This document shows positions 27,479 through 37,675 of a DNA stretch of 64,000 nucleotides, piece after piece (position 1 is the first letter of the stretch; each line of letters opens with the position of its first letter). The notes beneath the pieces are model-generated. The model made no database searches. It worked only from the letters and a program-made list of their open reading frames with translations, and had not been told where the DNA came from. Origin of the DNA: Candidatus Woesearchaeota archaeon (GTDB lineage: Archaea; Nanobdellota; Nanobdellia; Woesearchaeales; JABIAG01); assembly GCA_018653365.1 (NCBI GenBank), contig JABIAG010000001.1, positions 68,772 to 132,771 on the forward strand. The letters run 5' to 3'. Both the position numbers and the translations under genes were made by a program.

Positions 27479-28462
27479 ATGATAAAAATTCCTTATGAGC
27501 AAGTACTAGACAAAATAAAATCTAATTCTGAGTTAGGAACTGAAGATATAGAAGCAAAAATAAAACAAAAAATGGACCAGCTATCTGGACTAATCTCAAA
27601 AGAGGGTGCAGCTCACATAATCGCAAATGAATTAGGAGTGCAACTTTATGACCAATTCTCAGGAAGATTACAAATAAAAAACATTCTACCTGGACTAAGA
27701 GATGTAGAAGTGTTGGGAAAGATAACACAAAAATATGAAGTAAAAGAATTTAAGGTGGGAGAACGTGCAGGAAAAATGGGAAGTTTCGTTATTGGTGACG
27801 AAACTGGAACTATCCGAGCGGTAATGTGGGGCGACATAGCTGAAAAACTAAACGAATTAAAAAAAGATGATGTTGTAAAAATAACCGCAGCCTATTCTCG
27901 AGAAAATAATGGTTACAAAGAATTACATATGAACGAACGATCCGAACTAGAAATAAATCCTGACGGCGAAACAGTAGAAGTCAAAATCGTAGAAGAAAAA
28001 CAAGAAAGAAAAAAAATAAACGAATTAAAACAAGGAGATAACGTAGAAGTGCTAGGCACGATTGTAGATATGTTTGACCCTAAATTTTTTGAGATGTGCT
28101 CAGAGTGTAACAAACGAGCTAAAAACGAAGGGAAATGCGAATTACACCCTGAATCACCAATAACCTATTCATATGTTCTAAACGCATTTTTAGATGATGG
28201 AACAGATAATATTCGAATTGTAATGTTCAAAGAACAGGTAGAAGCATTTCTATCTCAAAATAACGAAGGAATGCTAAAAATAAAAGAAAATCCAGAAAGT
28301 TTTTCAGAAATGAAACAAAACTTGTTAGGAAGTATAGTAAAATTAGGGGGTAAAGCAGTAAACAACCAAATGTTTGATCGACTAGAATTCATTGCAAATA
28401 AAGTAGACCTCACTCCTGATCCAAAAGAAGAAATCAAAAAAATGGAAGAAAATGCGATATAA
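27479..28462 (+). CDS. Replication protein A-like ssDNA-binding protein (OB folds plus a zinc ribbon)
   Basis: OB-fold-like segments ('VEVLGKITQKYEVKEF...GSFVIGDETGTIRAVMW', 'VEVLGTIVDMFDP') and 'CSECNKRAKNEGKCELHPES' (CxxC...CxxH), as in archaeal RPA/SSB. Confidence 0.6.
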   Translation: MIKIPYEQVLDKIKSNSELGTEDIEAKIKQKMDQLSGLISKEGAAHIIANELGVQLYDQFSGRLQIKNILPGLRDVEVLGKITQKYEVKEFKVGERAGKMGSFVIGDETGTIRAVMWGDIAEKLNELKKDDVVKITAAYSRENNGYKELHMNERSELEINPDGETVEVKIVEEKQERKKINELKQGDNVEVLGTIVDMFDPKFFEMCSECNKRAKNEGKCELHPESPITYSYVLNAFLDDGTDNIRIVMFKEQVEAFLSQNNEGMLKIKENPESFSEMKQNLLGSIVKLGGKAVNNQMFDRLEFIANKVDLTPDPKEEIKKMEENAI

Positions 28463-28895
28463 AACTCATATAATTTTTGCAATATTATTATCCATAATTT
28501 TTATTAAAATACTAAAACCAGGAAATATATTATTATTCTTAGTAATCTCTTTAATAGTATCCTTTCTTCCAGATATAGACACGCCACATTCTAAACTTGG
28601 TCGAAAAGTGTTCTTTTCCAGGTTTTTAAAACATCGCGGATTTTGGCACTCAATCTGGGCAGTAATATTATTCACATTTATCATTATGCTGTTTTACGTT
28701 GGAGTTTACGTAGTTGCGTTTGTAGTAGGTTACATGTCACATCTACTAATAGATATGAGCACAAAAACAGGAATAAGCTTACTGAACCCATTAGTTAATG
28801 ATCGGATTAAAGGACCAATAAAAACAGGAAGCATATTGGAAAAAGCAATTTTTTGGATAATATTTGCCTTGATATTGTTAGTGATAATTATTTAA
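28452..28895 (+). CDS. Polytopic membrane protein, DUF457/YdjM-like membrane-bound metal-dependent hydrolase
   Basis: Four or five TM helices, with 'LPDIDTPHSKLG' and 'HRGFWHS' motifs typical of the YdjM family. Confidence 0.45.
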   Translation: MRYKTHIIFAILLSIIFIKILKPGNILLFLVISLIVSFLPDIDTPHSKLGRKVFFSRFLKHRGFWHSIWAVILFTFIIMLFYVGVYVVAFVVGYMSHLLIDMSTKTGISLLNPLVNDRIKGPIKTGSILEKAIFWIIFALILLVIII

Positions 28896-28956
28896 ATTAC
28901 GAATTTTATTAAAATTTAAATAGGACAGTACATAAAAAGAATAAAAAGAGGTGAAA

Positions 28957-29598
28957 ATGAAACTATTAGCCATTATTATACTTTGTATATTATTCTTAAC
29001 TACAATAACCCTTGCAGCACCTGAAGATGCTCCTTTAACACCACAACTAACTTCTGCAAATGAACAAGATTCTATTACTCAACCGCTTCTACCAAAAATG
29101 ACTGCTGAAGAAGTAAGATTACTAATAAAAGACAGAAAATATGTAACCGAACAAGGAATATATGGAGAAACCGAAGAAGAACAAGAAATATACTTAAAAC
29201 AGAGCAAAATATCTGCAGCAATGCAGGTTTTTTTGGTTTCTAAAGGAATGTCCTTAGATGAAACAAAAACATTCGAGTTGATGGAATTAATAAATGTTCT
29301 AGAAACATCTGTACCTAAAACGATCGAATTAGAAAATAAAATAAACAAAAAAAGTAAATTCGCAAGATTTTTGACTGGGGGCAATGCAAAAGCTGCAAAA
29401 GAGTTTAGAATAGAATACCAAAAAAGAAAAGAACCAATTGAAACCTGGCGGCAGGTGATAGCTGAAGAAGAAGATATGGAAATAAAATCCTTGTTATTGG
29501 AACAGTTCGAAAATATAGATGTTGAACAAGAACGACAAGAACAATTAGCACAAAAAGAACTAACTTCTAAAGGAATCATTGGGTGGATCTGGAAGTAA
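28957..29598 (+). CDS. Secreted coiled-coil or charged protein (about 213 aa)
   Basis: Signal peptide 'MKLLAIIILCILFLTTITLAAPEDAP'. The remainder is Glu/Lys-rich. The track start at 28951 is a GTG. Confidence 0.4.
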   Translation: MKLLAIIILCILFLTTITLAAPEDAPLTPQLTSANEQDSITQPLLPKMTAEEVRLLIKDRKYVTEQGIYGETEEEQEIYLKQSKISAAMQVFLVSKGMSLDETKTFELMELINVLETSVPKTIELENKINKKSKFARFLTGGNAKAAKEFRIEYQKRKEPIETWRQVIAEEEDMEIKSLLLEQFENIDVEQERQEQLAQKELTSKGIIGWIWK

Positions 29599-29656
29599 GC
29601 CCAATTACTTTTATTATTAACAAAAACAATATAAACAACTTAAACATTCTTGAGGC

Positions 29657-30694
29657 ATGCAAACAGTACTAATAACGGGGGGAGCAGGATTCTTAGGAAT
29701 TAATTTAGTGAGATATTTATTGGAAAAAGAGTTTAAGGTTATAGTATTAGACCTTGAAAAGTTTGATTATGCTGATGTAACCGATGAAGTAGAATCAATC
29801 GTGGGAGACATTCGAAAAGAAGAGGATTTGGAAAGAGCAATGAATGGTGTTGATTTAGTTGTAAATTGTGCAGCAGCATTACCATTGTACACCCATGAAC
29901 AAATAATGTCCACTGATTACAAAGGCGTAGAAAAAGTACTTACCCTAGCTAAAAGGTTAGGTGTGCAAAGAGTAATACAAATATCCTCTTCCGCAGTATA
30001 TGGGATTCCAGACCATCACCCCTTATATGAAACAGATAATTTAACCGGGGTTGGACCTTATGGTGAAGCAAAAGTGTTAGCCGAAAGAGTTTGTGAAAAA
30101 TTTAGAAAAGAATTAATTGTACCTGTATTAAGACCAAAAAGTTTTGTAGGCAAGGAAAGATTAGGAGTTTTTGCAATATATTTTGATTGGATAAAAAGCG
30201 GATGCAACTTACCAATAATCGGAAGAGGGAACAATAAGTATCAACTATTAGATGTTGAAGATTTATGTGAAACCATATATTTATGTTTAACCGAAGAAAA
30301 AGAAAAAGTGAATGACACGTTCAATGTTGGCGCAGAAAAATTTACAACAATGAAACAAGACTTCGGAGCAGTAATTAAATATGCAAAAACAGGGAAAAAA
30401 GTAATTGGAACCCCTGCTTGGTTAATAATTCCTGTATTGAAAGTGTTAGAATTTTTCAACCTATCTCCCTTATATAAATGGGTATACGAAACTGCATCTA
30501 AAGACTCCTTCATATCAGTAGAAAAAATAAAAAAAGTACTTGGATTTACCCCAAAATATTCGACCTCTGAAGCATTAATACGAAGTTATCAATGGTACGA
30601 ACAACACTGCGAAGACTATGTTGGAAAAGAGGGAGTAAGTCATAGAGTTCCCTGGAAACAAGGAATACTAGGATTGGTTAAGAAATTCTTTTGA
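29657..30694 (+). CDS. NAD-dependent sugar epimerase/dehydratase (SDR family)
   Basis: Rossmann 'ITGGAGFLG' and the catalytic 'YGEAKVLAE' (YxxxK), over about 345 aa. Confidence 0.8.
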   Translation: MQTVLITGGAGFLGINLVRYLLEKEFKVIVLDLEKFDYADVTDEVESIVGDIRKEEDLERAMNGVDLVVNCAAALPLYTHEQIMSTDYKGVEKVLTLAKRLGVQRVIQISSSAVYGIPDHHPLYETDNLTGVGPYGEAKVLAERVCEKFRKELIVPVLRPKSFVGKERLGVFAIYFDWIKSGCNLPIIGRGNNKYQLLDVEDLCETIYLCLTEEKEKVNDTFNVGAEKFTTMKQDFGAVIKYAKTGKKVIGTPAWLIIPVLKVLEFFNLSPLYKWVYETASKDSFISVEKIKKVLGFTPKYSTSEALIRSYQWYEQHCEDYVGKEGVSHRVPWKQGILGLVKKFF

Positions 30695-30697
30695 AAG

Positions 30698-30994
30698 TTA
30701 ACGTTTTGGAAGAAACTTTTGTGGTGGCAGAGTTTTCCTTTTTTTACTGTCATCCTTTTTCGTTTTAGCTTTACGTGTTCTACTCTTACCACCTGACTTA
30801 CCTTTAGTTTTAGCCATACCATAAATTTCTCCTGAAACTAAATCAAGAGCCATACTTAATGTATCCCGTAAAAGACGTAGATTAGTACTGGCATTGTCCA
30901 TCATCCCATAAACAATCCCTAATTCAGAAGGAAGTGCAACTGCAATACTTCTTGGTCCTTGATAAGGGATTCGTCTCTGTCTAGCGTAACTCAT
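30698..30994 (-). CDS. Small basic protein with a Lys/Ser-rich C-terminal tail (98 aa). Possibly nucleic-acid-binding or ribosome-associated
   Basis: '...KTKGKSGGKSRTRKAKTKKDDSKKRK'. I cannot place the family. Confidence 0.35.
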   Translation of the reverse strand: MSYARQRRIPYQGPRSIAVALPSELGIVYGMMDNASTNLRLLRDTLSMALDLVSGEIYGMAKTKGKSGGKSRTRKAKTKKDDSKKRKTLPPQKFLPKR

Positions 30995-31032
30995 ATTGAA
31001 TAGAACTAGCTTGGTTTTTAAAAAGATTTCTG

Positions 31033-32349
31033 CTAATTAAGTAAAGTATTCAAACTATCAATACTAGCTTCAATCTCAACAAACGTGCTATCAAACCCAC
31101 GAATCCGACCTAAAATAGATCTAAGCGTAAGATCCGAAAGATGCCTTCCTAAAATTCGTATGATGTCGGCATCTGAAAAAGATTTAGATCGATCAATTTT
31201 TCTTTTTGCTTCTTTAACATCTTTAGCACCCCCTCTTAATTTTAAGAATGCACTATTATCATCAATTAATCTTTCTTCAGTTCTCAAAACGTCTTTTCTT
31301 TTTCTTTCAATAAACAATTCAGATTCTTTTAGGGCTAGATTTTGAAGTTTAGAACCAACATAACCAATAAGTTCTTGTAAAAGTGGCTTTTTATCTTCTA
31401 AATCATTAGCATTAAAATCTCGAAATACCTTGTATAATGCTTTCTCAATGTGTAATACTTTTCGAAAAGCCTCTTTTTCAGGTTTAGAACCTGCTAATTT
31501 TTTATACGCACGACCAATAACACGATTAAAATGCTCAGCAGAATTAGTAAGAGTTTGATAAGCCTGACGAATGTTTTCAGCTTGATCTACTGTTTGTCCT
31601 TGTTCTTGAATTATGGCTTCTAAACGAACAATAATTGCAACAAGATCCGCACTAACATTAGAATGATTAGTAATAATTATTTTTAGAGAACGAAGCAGAT
31701 TAATATATGCAGCAAGTTGTTGATCAATATCTTGATTATTTCTTAACATGGTTAAAATTTCTTGCTCTAACTGTTCTAATCGCTCAATTTTTACAGAAAT
31801 GTCTCGCACAATATTTTGTAGTTGATCAATATTAGCCAGGCCCCCACCAATAATATTATTAATCACTTCCAGAATGTTAGTAATATTAAGTTGTTCATTA
31901 TCATTACCAATCCTTTCAATTAATGTTTTGACCTGTTCTAGCGAAGTTAAAATTTGAGTTAAAACATCACGAATTTCATGAGACTCAAAAAGTTGTTCCA
32001 TCTCTCTGATTGTATTCTCAGTTCGTTCACTAGTTCTAATTCTTTCAACTTCTCTTTCACGATCTTGAATGATTGTGTTTAAACGCTCAGAAGCCTCATT
32101 TTGTTCTTCGGCTTCTTCTTGGGCTTCTTCAGCATTGTCTTGTTCACGTTCGGTTGTACGTTCAGGAGTCCGACTTCCACCAAAACGTTTAAGCAAAGCA
32201 GCAGCCATGGCAACAAGAATGATTAGAACAGCAATAACCATCATGCCGTCATTATCCAGATATCCTTGAGCGTTAACTGATAAGGAAAGAACTAATGCCA
32301 TTAAAGTCAAAATTAGGCCACTTTTAGGTAACATATTCATAAATAGCAC
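31033..32349 (-). CDS. Membrane-anchored coiled-coil protein (438 aa)
   Basis: Two N-terminal hydrophobic segments, then a long stretch of heptad-like E/Q/L/I-rich sequence. Confidence 0.45.
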   Translation of the reverse strand: MLFMNMLPKSGLILTLMALVLSLSVNAQGYLDNDGMMVIAVLIILVAMAAALLKRFGGSRTPERTTEREQDNAEEAQEEAEEQNEASERLNTIIQDREREVERIRTSERTENTIREMEQLFESHEIRDVLTQILTSLEQVKTLIERIGNDNEQLNITNILEVINNIIGGGLANIDQLQNIVRDISVKIERLEQLEQEILTMLRNNQDIDQQLAAYINLLRSLKIIITNHSNVSADLVAIIVRLEAIIQEQGQTVDQAENIRQAYQTLTNSAEHFNRVIGRAYKKLAGSKPEKEAFRKVLHIEKALYKVFRDFNANDLEDKKPLLQELIGYVGSKLQNLALKESELFIERKRKDVLRTEERLIDDNSAFLKLRGGAKDVKEAKRKIDRSKSFSDADIIRILGRHLSDLTLRSILGRIRGFDSTFVEIEASIDSLNTLLN

Positions 32350-32548
32350 TCTCTGTTTTTATTTCTTTTGATTTTTGTCCACTGGACAACCTCTTTTGTC
32401 TTTATTCTCTACAAAACCACTGGACACTGGACAAACTGCGACGATGAGTATATAAAAGATTGTTAGTTTATTAGTTATAGCAGTTAAGAAAACTGCCTCC
32501 ACTGCCAAAATAGCAGCTGAAATAAAACGCGAAAGCAAGGAGGAAAAA

Positions 32549-32794
32549 ATGAACGAAAACGAAATAGAAAAAAAATTTAGTACAGGAGTTGTTAGCGCAA
32601 CTATATGGAAAAACAAAGGTACAGATAAAGAAGGAAAAGAGACAGAATTCAGAACGATCACTATAGATCGAAGGTACCAAGACAAAAACGAGGAGTGGAA
32701 GTCAACGTCTTCTATGAGAATAAACGACCTACCCAAGGTAGTACTTGTATCAAATAAAGCATATGAGTATTTAGTTTTAAAGGATGCCGAATAG
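32549..32794 (+). CDS. Small conserved hypothetical protein (81 aa), possibly nucleic-acid-binding
   Basis: Strong SD 'AAGGAGG' 8 nt upstream of the ATG. It overlaps a likely spurious antisense ORF. Confidence 0.4.
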   Translation: MNENEIEKKFSTGVVSATIWKNKGTDKEGKETEFRTITIDRRYQDKNEEWKSTSSMRINDLPKVVLVSNKAYEYLVLKDAE

Positions 32795-32839
32795 GCATTT
32801 TTTTTTAAACATTATAAAAACATAAAAAGGTGAACGATT

Positions 32840-33904
32840 ATGACAAAACAAAAAACAATGGTAAAAGAAGTTATGGAAGAACAAGAAGAAGCACAAGAAG
32901 AAATTAAAGAGGTAGTAATAGATGAAAGTTCATTAGAAACTGAAGAAGAACCTCTAGAAACAGAGAAAAAGAAGGAAATAACAATATATGACATACCTGG
33001 TGTGGGAGCAGCAACAGCAGAAAAACTTTCAGAATCAGGATATGATGACCTAATGTCCTTAGCAGTAGCAACTCCAGGAGAGGTAGTAGATGCATCAGGA
33101 GTAACCGAAACAACTGCAAGAAAAATGATTAATTTTTGTAGGAACTCATTAGATATGGGATTTGAATCTGGAGATGCCTTACTTAAAAAAAGATCTAAAG
33201 TAATGAAAATAAAAACTGAAGTAGAAGCATTTGACCAATTATTGGGAGGTGGATTCGAAACAGGAGCAATAACAGAATGTTTTGGCCAATACGGAAGTGC
33301 AAAAACACAAATTGCACATTGGTTAGCAGTACAAGTTCAAAAATTAGAACCTAATGCAACAGCAATATACATTGATACTGAAAACACTTTTAGACCAGAA
33401 AGAATAATACAATTTGCAAAAGGCGCAGGATTAGACCCTGATAAAGCATTGCAAAATATAAAAGTAGCAAGAGCATATAATTCAGACCACCAAATGTTAT
33501 TGGCAGAAAAAGTTGGAGATCTTATTAAAGATCAAACTCTTAATGTTAAATTAGTGGTGGTGGACTCATTAACTGCACACTTTCGAGCAGAATTCGTCGG
33601 CAGAGGAACTCTAGCAGAAAGACAACAAAAATTAAACAAACACATGCACACACTAATTAAATTAGCAGACAGTTATAATCTCTGTGTTTATGTAACAAAT
33701 CAGGTAATGTCGAAACCCGACCAATTCTTTGGAGATCCAACCGAAGCAATTGGAGGAAATATAGTGGCACATAATTCAACCTTCAGAATATATCTTCGAA
33801 GAGGTAAAAAGGGAAGCAGAGTTGCCAAATTAGTTGATTCTCCAAATTTGGCCGAAGGAGAAGCAGTATTCTTGGTAGAAGAAGAAAAAATAAACGATTT
33901 GTAA
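32840..33904 (+). CDS. radA: DNA repair and recombination protein RadA (archaeal RecA/Rad51 homolog) with an N-terminal HhH domain
   Basis: '[27 protein letters not shown]' (HhH), then '[21 protein letters not shown]' (Walker A-like) and '[13 protein letters not shown]...[30 protein letters not shown]'. Confidence 0.9.
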   Translation: MTKQKTMVKEVMEEQEEAQEEIKEVVIDESSLETEEEPLETEKKKEITIYDIPGVGAATAEKLSESGYDDLMSLAVATPGEVVDASGVTETTARKMINFCRNSLDMGFESGDALLKKRSKVMKIKTEVEAFDQLLGGGFETGAITECFGQYGSAKTQIAHWLAVQVQKLEPNATAIYIDTENTFRPERIIQFAKGAGLDPDKALQNIKVARAYNSDHQMLLAEKVGDLIKDQTLNVKLVVVDSLTAHFRAEFVGRGTLAERQQKLNKHMHTLIKLADSYNLCVYVTNQVMSKPDQFFGDPTEAIGGNIVAHNSTFRIYLRRGKKGSRVAKLVDSPNLAEGEAVFLVEEEKINDL

Positions 33905-33907
33905 AGC

Positions 33908-33948
33908 ATTTTTTTTAAGGTCTATTAAACCCAAACGAGAGTTTGGGT
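33908..33948 (+). terminator. T8 tract followed by an 8-bp-stem hairpin immediately after the radA stop codon
   Basis: 'TTTTTTTT' (33910-33917), then acccaaac-gaga-gtttgggt (33929-33948). Confidence 0.4.
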
Positions 33949-34091
33949 ATAGATTACTTTAACAATAGCTTTATAAATCTAAGTTGCTTTTTTCTGATTG
34001 TTATTTAACGTAACAAAAATAATATTTTTGAACTTAAAAAGACTTATGTGTTTTTTTAAAGTAACAAAATAACTAATGGAGGAAGAAAGAA

Positions 34092-34493
34092 ATGTATGAA
34101 GATGGTGGATTTAACCAAAAAAGATTAGCACCTGTAAATGAGGGTGATGAGATAGATGTAAGGATAGAATCTGTAGGAGAAAAAGGCGATGGCGTAGCAA
34201 AAATAAAAGGATTTGTAATTTTTGTTCCAGGCGTTAAAGAAGGCGAAAAAATAAAGATAAAGATCAAAAAAGTTCTAAAAAGCGTAGGGTTTGGAGAAAA
34301 AGTTGGCGAAGCAGAAGGACCAATTGAAGAAGAAAAACCTCAACACGAAGAAGTAAACGCAGAAGAACTTCCTGACGCAGACAATTTATATGAAGAAGAC
34401 GCTGTTGAAGACACTGAAGATTTCGGTGAAGAACCAGAAGATGAATCTTCTGAACCTCAAGAAGAGCTTAAGGAACCAGAAGAAGCAGAATAA
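34092..34493 (+). CDS. TRAM-domain protein with an acidic C-terminal tail
   Basis: 'GDEIDVRIESVGEKGDGVAKIKGFVIFVPGVKEGEKIKIKIKKV' matches a TRAM fold. The C-terminus is E/D-rich. Confidence 0.7.
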   Translation: MYEDGGFNQKRLAPVNEGDEIDVRIESVGEKGDGVAKIKGFVIFVPGVKEGEKIKIKIKKVLKSVGFGEKVGEAEGPIEEEKPQHEEVNAEELPDADNLYEEDAVEDTEDFGEEPEDESSEPQEELKEPEEAE

Positions 34494-34518
34494 TTTCTTT
34501 TAATTATTTTTTATTTTT

Positions 34519-35514
34519 TTATGAAACTCGAGCATTTAAGTCAACTATTCTATTATTAGTTGTACTTTTTAATTGGGCATTAGAATAGTGCGTATTTTGT
34601 TGTGAGATAACAAAATTCTGTAAGTTAGTATCCAAAGAACCAACCCAGTAAATTTTCTTACCTGTCATAATTGGCTTGTAACCATTATAATTAGTGTTAT
34701 CTAAAAATAATAATGGCGAATTAGAATAGGCAGCAAATAAAGCAGCTAATAAAGCATCATCTTCATTATCTGGATCAATTACAACAACGCTAGAAATTGC
34801 GGTCCAAAAATCAAAATAAGCATTTTGATCTTGAGGGTTCAAATGCTCACGCAACCCTGCAGAAACTTTGTTTGTTTCAGTAATATACCCAAAACTATTG
34901 CCTTTCATTAAATTAGTTAACTCAGTAGCAGAAGGAACAGATTTAAAGTTATACGCCCTTAAAGGGTAATGAGTTAAAGAGTTATCTTCACTCCAAACAG
35001 CAAGAGGAATAATCTTATGAAGGTTCTCCCAAGCAATACCTCTTGAAGAGGTAGCAGGAGTTAAAAATATGGGATTTTGAGAATACTTATTCATATTTTT
35101 TAAGTTCTTAGAATAAACATGAAGCAATATGCTTTTTTCATCAGTGCCTGCAGGTCCAACAGCCTTTAATTCAATTTCATAATCCCCTGGCTCTTGATAA
35201 ATATAACTAAAACTTGATCCTGTATGATCTGGAATTTCATCCCCATCAACATACCAAAAATAGTTGGTGACAGAACTATCTGTTTGAGCTTCAAAGAAAA
35301 CTTCATTTCCTGAATAAGCAATGCTATTATGAACGGGTGAGGTGATAGTGACCTGAGTTTGTACTGTAGAACTATATCGTTCAACTTGTTGAGAGGCATC
35401 GTCGGTTCTATCTCTAATAAAAAATAATGTTAAACCTATCATTATAATTGCAATAATTAGAACAACAATAAGAGTTGTACTAATACTTATTGATCCTTTT
35501 TTCATTTGTTTCAT
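34519..35514 (-). CDS. Class III signal peptide (pilin-like) protein with a PKD-like domain (331 aa)
   Basis: 'MKQMKKG/SISISTTLIVVLIIAIIMIGLTLFFI', and 'YFWYVDGDEIPDHTGSSFSYIYQEPGDYEIELKAVGPAG' is PKD-like. Confidence 0.5.
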   Translation of the reverse strand: MKQMKKGSISISTTLIVVLIIAIIMIGLTLFFIRDRTDDASQQVERYSSTVQTQVTITSPVHNSIAYSGNEVFFEAQTDSSVTNYFWYVDGDEIPDHTGSSFSYIYQEPGDYEIELKAVGPAGTDEKSILLHVYSKNLKNMNKYSQNPIFLTPATSSRGIAWENLHKIIPLAVWSEDNSLTHYPLRAYNFKSVPSATELTNLMKGNSFGYITETNKVSAGLREHLNPQDQNAYFDFWTAISSVVVIDPDNEDDALLAALFAAYSNSPLLFLDNTNYNGYKPIMTGKKIYWVGSLDTNLQNFVISQQNTHYSNAQLKSTTNNRIVDLNARVS

Positions 35515-37673
35515 CTTAATATAATCTCCAGGTCATAAAATAATGTGTTTTGAGATGATTCTTCAACCCATTTTCCACTTACACAACTTCCTCCAACATC
35601 AAAAATATCTAACACTTTTGAATCTGAAATGTAGGTCCAGGTCTCTCCTGAATCATCACCACAACAAGGCGCATTAACCGTTCCAGTCGGAGAGGTTTCA
35701 GCCCAACAATATTGCTCGTTATCAGTATCACAAATTCCTGAATCTGCAATTCCTACTTGTGTTCCTTTCCAGGTACAATGTCTAGGATCATTATCTGGAT
35801 TATTCGCACAATTAGCATAATAATTACAACCATTCAAATCAGGAGTACACTGCAAAGGAGTGTTGGTACAATCATCATTACAATCAGCAACACCATCTAA
35901 ATCAGCATCAATAACATTTCCCGAAATATCACAATCTGGGTCTAAACCAAAACATTCAGCATCAGAACAAATATTGTCACAAGTTGTAGAGCAAAAGTCT
36001 TCTTCAACACAAAACTGAGACACTCCTGAACAGATAAGATCCGCAGCACAATAACTTTGTTCACCTAAACAATCATCACATAAACAAGATTCCCCAACAT
36101 CACAAGTGTTATCATCATCACAAGTTTCAATCTCATCACTTCCACACTCATCATCACAAGTGCCATCTAAACAACGACGCGTCTCACTAGGACAACCACC
36201 AAATCCAACTTCTACAATAAAGGATTGTTCAACATAACGTTCTGAATCACTCACGTTTAATGTAATCCTCTCAGAACCCTGCCACAATAAAGGCGCGGTA
36301 AAATTAACGATGGATGTGCTTGGATTATATTTAACTTTAATAGTATTATTTCCTCTAAATTTAATGCTTAAACTTGAAAAGGCGTCATCTACATCAGAAA
36401 CATACCTAGAGATGTTTAAGGCATAATGCGCACCTTCATTAAACGTAATCTTTGGAATTGTCGTAATTGTTGGAGGTAGGTTAGTAATGTTAACAAAAAT
36501 AACTTCTGAGTTAAAATTGCCTTGTGTATCATTAACTAAAATATCGAGCCAATATACTCCTTTACTAAGCGCAGTTGAATTTAGACTACCTGAACAGTTA
36601 ATTTCAAATCGAGAATCATTCACATCAAAACAACCCACTTCACTAATTACATCCTCCGCAACAATAAGGGATTCAACACTTTCTTGACTAGTAAAAGTCA
36701 AATTATTGATCGTTGTAAAAATTGGGGGTTGGGTATCCTGCGTAAGCGTAAATTCTTTATTAACAACATTGCCTGCAACATCTTTAGCCCAAATAATAAC
36801 TGTATTAAGTCCTTCTAAACCTGGAAAAACAAAAGGGTCATTACAATTAACCGAAACTGTTGCATCAAGAGTGTTTACATACCAACAAGAATCTAGGTTT
36901 TCATCAGCAACAATCACAGTAAGTTCTTGGGATTGCGCCGAGTAATGATAAGACGTAGCAAAAACAGGATCTACGGTGTCAATTGAAAATGCGATAGATT
37001 CATTAATCTCATTATTAGCTAAATCCCTAGCAAAAAAAGTAAAATTATAGTTTCCATCTGCTAACGTAATTGTTGTAGCTGTTGTGTAAGTAAAAGAATC
37101 AGTCCCATTAGAATACCATAGTGTGTTGCTAGCATCATCTGAAGAAAAATCAATTAAAATATTATTCTGATTGTAAGATGTATTTTCAGGAGAGGTCACG
37201 GTTAAAATTGGGGGAGTGTTATCAAAAACACAACACACCTTGTTTGTGTAAGCAGAACAATCTCCAACATGAGCATCCTCTGTTCCAGATAAAGACATAA
37301 TACACTCATCACTTCCACACGTAGCATCCATATAACAACTATTTACATTACCCAAACAAACATCATTTACATAATTAGTCGAATCACCAGCATGTTGATT
37401 AAATGGAGTTGTAGAAACAGTTCCTGATAACGAGATTAAGTACGTGTCAGAACAACCATCACTAATGCTTGCAGTAATTCCTTGACAACATAGGTCAAGA
37501 CTTGTTTCAGAATATCCATAATATGAAACATGAGAATTTGTTAAAGAATAAACTGATAAAACTCCCGTTTCACCACTGTCACATTCAGACTTAAACGAAC
37601 AAACATCCGCAAGTGCAGGAGCAGCAGCTAATAAAACAAATACAAAAATTAAAAAAATATTTATTCTTTTCAT
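35511..37673 (-). CDS. Secreted Cys-rich surface protein (720 aa) with Ig-like repeats and a C-terminal Cys/Asp-rich module
   Basis: Signal peptide 'MKRINIFLIFVFVLLAAAPALA', and '...CPSETRRCLDGTCDDECGSDEIETCDDDNTCDVGESCLCDDCLGEQSYCAADLICSG...'. Confidence 0.55.
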   Translation of the reverse strand: MKRINIFLIFVFVLLAAAPALADVCSFKSECDSGETGVLSVYSLTNSHVSYYGYSETSLDLCCQGITASISDGCSDTYLISLSGTVSTTPFNQHAGDSTNYVNDVCLGNVNSCYMDATCGSDECIMSLSGTEDAHVGDCSAYTNKVCCVFDNTPPILTVTSPENTSYNQNNILIDFSSDDASNTLWYSNGTDSFTYTTATTITLADGNYNFTFFARDLANNEINESIAFSIDTVDPVFATSYHYSAQSQELTVIVADENLDSCWYVNTLDATVSVNCNDPFVFPGLEGLNTVIIWAKDVAGNVVNKEFTLTQDTQPPIFTTINNLTFTSQESVESLIVAEDVISEVGCFDVNDSRFEINCSGSLNSTALSKGVYWLDILVNDTQGNFNSEVIFVNITNLPPTITTIPKITFNEGAHYALNISRYVSDVDDAFSSLSIKFRGNNTIKVKYNPSTSIVNFTAPLLWQGSERITLNVSDSERYVEQSFIVEVGFGGCPSETRRCLDGTCDDECGSDEIETCDDDNTCDVGESCLCDDCLGEQSYCAADLICSGVSQFCVEEDFCSTTCDNICSDAECFGLDPDCDISGNVIDADLDGVADCNDDCTNTPLQCTPDLNGCNYYANCANNPDNDPRHCTWKGTQVGIADSGICDTDNEQYCWAETSPTGTVNAPCCGDDSGETWTYISDSKVLDIFDVGGSCVSGKWVEESSQNTLFYDLEIILR

Positions 37674-37675
37674 TC

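Noticed and set aside
28452-28895. Considered whether this membrane protein could be the missing prepilin peptidase (PibD/FlaK)
   Set aside because: The motifs 'LPDIDTPH' and 'HRGFWHS' match the DUF457/YdjM metal-dependent hydrolase family rather than the two-Asp prepilin peptidase signature.
32359-32736. 125-aa minus-strand ORF overlapping the small + strand gene 32549..32794
   Set aside because: The + strand ORF has a strong AAGGAGG SD at ideal spacing and a plausible soluble-protein composition. The minus ORF is odd Phe/Ser-rich sequence without an RBS.
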